From Basidiobolus meristosporus CBS 931.73 (Eukaryota; Fungi; Basidiobolomycota), in contig MCFE01000478.1 of assembly GCA_002104905.1 (NCBI GenBank), forward strand, positions 1 through 64,000: 64,000 bases of DNA, read 5' to 3'. Position 1 is the stretch's first letter. Each line of letters starts with the position of its first letter. The notes beneath the pieces were generated by a model, which saw only the letters and a list, made by a program, of their open reading frames with translations, was not told the origin of the DNA and made no database searches. Positions 60,486-64,000 of this stretch are shown here, piece by piece. The position numbers and the translations under genes were made by a program.

Positions 60486-63400
60486 TGTTATGAATGGACA
60501 CAAAGCAGGAGAGTAGGGCTAGGCAAGGCAGGAGCAGGAAAGGACTTAGGTGTGGATCAACAAGGCAAGGCAGATTTCCAAGGCAAGGCTGTTTATTCAA
60601 GACCTGTGTTTAACAGACTGAGGAATACTAAGGGGGAATAGGACTTTATATACTTTTTGGTTATACTGATGCTGAGAGATATTGGCTAATACTAATGGGG
60701 TTGTGGGGTGAGGCACAGCAATGCGCTGGAGATAATAATATAGAAGGCAAGGCACTGAGACAGGATGGGGAAATGGATTGGGTCACCCAATCATGTGACT
60801 AAATCATGTGACCTGGTATTTCCATATATGATACTGGACTATGAAAAATATGATGGGAAACTTCCATGGAATGTTCCATTGTGTAACAAGGGTTTTAAAT
60901 GTTCAGGAACTTTCTGGAAGGTGGTAGAAGGTTCCAGAAGGAATCACTTAGAAATTGAGCTAGGAAGCTGAAACATGGCATGGGTGTTCATGGTTGTCAT
61001 GTGATCATGACACTATTCTCCTCTTCCAGGCAAAGCTCTGTTTCCCTTTGGGGCAGGTTTTGCAGGATATTGCTAGTAAAACTGGGTAACTAGTTCTTGA
61101 CAATTAGTGAGATGGGTAGCTGGTTCCCATGTTTGGTCACTTGGACCATAACCAATCCAGTCTACTAAGTAGTACAGCTTTGACCAGATATACTTGGAGT
61201 CTAGAATGTGTTAAACTTCAAATTCTTGATGTTGGTCAACCTGGATGGCTTGGGGCTTTGCTTCTTGCTGGTTTGGCAAGGTGTTCCTACAATGCGGCTC
61301 CAGGAGGGACACATGGAAAGTATCATGGATTTTCATACTTGCTGGTAACTGTAGCTGATATACTATAGGGCTAAGCTTCTTCTTGATCTCGAAGGGACCA
61401 AGTTTCTTGAAATCCAACTTGTCACAAGGGCGGTTGGTGCTGATGTTTCTTCTGAGCAACCATACAGAATCTTCTTCATTAAGATCAGGGCTGGGGTGCC
61501 ATTTTAGATTGGCAAATTTCTTGTAGCTTTCCTGAGCTAAGGATAGTTCTTCCTTGAGGGTATTCTGGATATCCTGGATTGCTTGGGCATGTTCAGGTGC
61601 ATGTGGGCTCATTGGGTTTGTTGGAATCTGGATATCAAACTGAGGGCAGAATCCATAGTTTGCATAGAATGGTGTAAAACCGGTTGCACTATTGCTTCAG
61701 TTGTTGTAGGCAAACTCAGCAACAGGGAGTAGATCAATCCAATTGTCTTGCTGGTGATTGATATAGCACCGGAGGTATTGCTCTAGAATCTGGTTGATTC
61801 TTTCAGTCTGGCCATCAGACTGTGGATGAAAGGCAGTAGAGAGCTTGCCTTGAACACCAAGGTATTGCGTGAAGTGTTTCCAAAACTTGGACACAAACTG
61901 TGGGCCTCTATATGACACAATATCACTGGGGATACCATGAAGGTGGAAAATATTCTTCAGGACTAATGCGGCAGTTTCTTTTGCATCAGTGTTCTTACAG
62001 CAAGGGATAAAGTGAGCCATCTTGGTCAGCCAGTCAGCCACTACAAGTATAGCATTGAAGCCACATGACTCAGGGAGGTCAGTTATGAAGTCCATAGATA
62101 TTGATCTCCATTGGTGTTCTGGGATAGGCAAGGGCTGAAGAAGTCCATAGGGCTGGTGTCAGGCTGGTTTTGCATGGTTGCAAATATCACATGTCAGAAT
62201 GTACTGTTTGATGAGAGTTATCATTCTAGGCCACCAGAAATCTCTTTTGATAGCATTCAAGGTTTTGGCAGTACCAATGTGGCCTGCAGCCATTGAATCA
62301 TGCCAAGACTTAATGATGTCTAGCTGGGTGGCAAGCTCTGGGACATAAAGCTGCTGCTGGTGGTAGATGAGGTTGTTTATCAAATGCAGGTTCTGGATGT
62401 CTGGGAACTTGGGAGGGGGCCCAGCTGGGGATTCCAGATATTTCTTGATGGTGCTAGAAGTCAAATCAGAGGCTTGGGATTCTGATATCCTTACTAGGAA
62501 TGAAGGGACAACAAGACTTGAGGACTGGTGGGCAAGAATCTCAAAATGTTTCTTGCTCAGCAATTGGTGTTCCATTTGCCAACAGGCATCTTCTCCCTCT
62601 TCCAGGGCATATTCCTTTTTTCTGGACAGGGCATCAGGCTTTCCTTGCTTTGCACCAGGTCTATAGGTGATAGTAAAGTCAAAGCTGGTCAGGATGAGTG
62701 ACCATCTGGCTTGTCTCCGGTTTAGTACTTTGGAAGTTGCAAAGTACTCAAGGTTCTTTTGGTCACAGAAGACTTTGATTTTGTGTTTTGCACCATCCAG
62801 GTAGTGTCTCCATTGCTCAAAGGCTACAATGATGGCAAGCAACTCCTTATCATAGATATCATAGTTGATCTCTGCAGGGGAAAACTTCCAAGAGTAGAAT
62901 GCAATGGGGTACAACACATTGTCCGCAACACACTAGGAGAGTATGGCACCAAGGGCAAAATAAGAAGCATCAGTCTCCACTATGAACTGCTTCTCAAGGT
63001 CAGGGTGGGCAAGCAGGGGGGTCTTCAGGAAAGATTTCTTGAGTTGGTTGAATGGGCTGGATTGCTCCTCATTCCAGCCAAAAGGTGTGTTCTTCTGGGT
63101 AAGCTTTGTCAGAGGGGTGACTATCTTGGAGTAGTTGGCTATGAACCTGCAATAGAAGTTGGCAAATCCCAGGAAGGATTGTACTTCCTTGACTGAGCTT
63201 GGAGTTTTCCAGGATTGGACTGAGTCAACTTTCTTTGGGTCCATTCTTGTTCCCTCAGGGCTGATGAGATAACCAAGAAATTCCACTTCTCTCTGGTCAA
63301 ATTCACACTTCTCTAGCTTGGCATAGAGACTGGCAGAGTCTAGTTTTCTCAATACTTTCTTGACATGTTCATCATATTCATCCTGGTTCTTGGAGTATAT

Positions 63401-64000
63401 GAGAATATCATCAAGGTAGATTACCACAAACTGGTCAAGGTATTCACAGAATATGTCATTCATGAGGTGTTGAAACACAGCAGGGGCATTGGTGAGGACA
63501 AATGGCATTACTTTGTACTCAAAGTGGCCATATCTTGTGCAAAGGGCAGTTTTCCATTCATCACTGGGCTTGATTCTGACAAGGTTGTAAGCTCCTCTCA
63601 AGTCAATCTTGGTGAAGACTTGGGCAGCAGATAGCTGATTCAACAGTGTGTTGATCAGGGGCAGGGGGTAGTGGTTCTTGACTGTGATCTTATTCAAAGC
63701 ACAGTAGTCCACACACATTCTGAGGGTGCTATCCTTCTTCTTGACAAAGAGGGTTGGGGCTCCAGCAGGTGATTTGGAGTGCTGAATAAAACCCTTCTGG
63801 AGGTTTTCTTCAATATAACCATGGAGTTCTTTCAACTCCAGCTGGGAGAGGTTGTATATTGGGCCAAATGGAGGGACTTTTCCATCTTCAAGGTCAATAG
63901 GGCAGTCATAAGGCCAATGGTCAGGGAGGAGTTCTGCTTTCTTCTTGTCAAAGACATGGGCAAACTCTAGGTACTTGGCTGGTATGTTTGCTGAGGGGGC
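60486..64000 (-). mobile_element. Ty3/Gypsy chromovirus: RT-RNaseH-integrase-chromodomain plus 3' LTR (60486-61012); 5' part lies beyond the window
   Basis: IYLDDILIYS, ETDASYFALGAIL, HHCC zinc finger, SISMDFIT..GPQFVS..STAFHPQSDGQTER, chromodomain ILDSK..YYLVDWIGYGPSDQTWEP, PPT GGAAGAGGAGAATAG then a TGTCATG..TAACA LTR. In-frame stops. Confidence 0.95.

Overview
Eukaryotic (fungal) genomic DNA with short GT-AG introns of about 50-70 nt. Gene content suggests an early-diverging fungus; Basidiobolus-like is my inference and is not verified. Positions 1-51 kb are gene-dense: ENA-type P-ATPase (partial), aquaglyceroporin, DHA2 MFS transporter, neutral ceramidase, TOP3, Nudix hydrolase, Cti6-like PHD protein, ARG8, homocitrate synthase, samB/MUB1, SDHAF3, GNAT, RPA190, two ADP/ATP carriers, a cyclin K/T-like gene and CHCHD2/Mix17. 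Positions ~51-64 kb are a strongly CpG-depleted set of nested Copia, CACTA and chromodomain-Gypsy remnants. Signals the ORF track does not explain: (1) a non-coding locus at ~35.3-35.9 kb with two C/D snoRNAs. One is an snR47/U36-type guide for LSU A2220. The other is bracketed by two tRNA-elbow-like mini-structures (closing stem + GG loop hairpin + T-arm, no anticodon arm), which suggests RNase P/Z punctuation of snoRNA processing. (2) An intronless 851-aa FAD/NAD(P)-binding gene at the junction of a ~2.9-kb direct duplication, facing a copied ARG8 promoter. (3) An inverted AAC pair whose near-identity is limited to the CDS. (4) An older AAC-cyclin duplication with reciprocal gene loss. All calls were made by eye, with no database searches. 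Exon boundaries are approximate.
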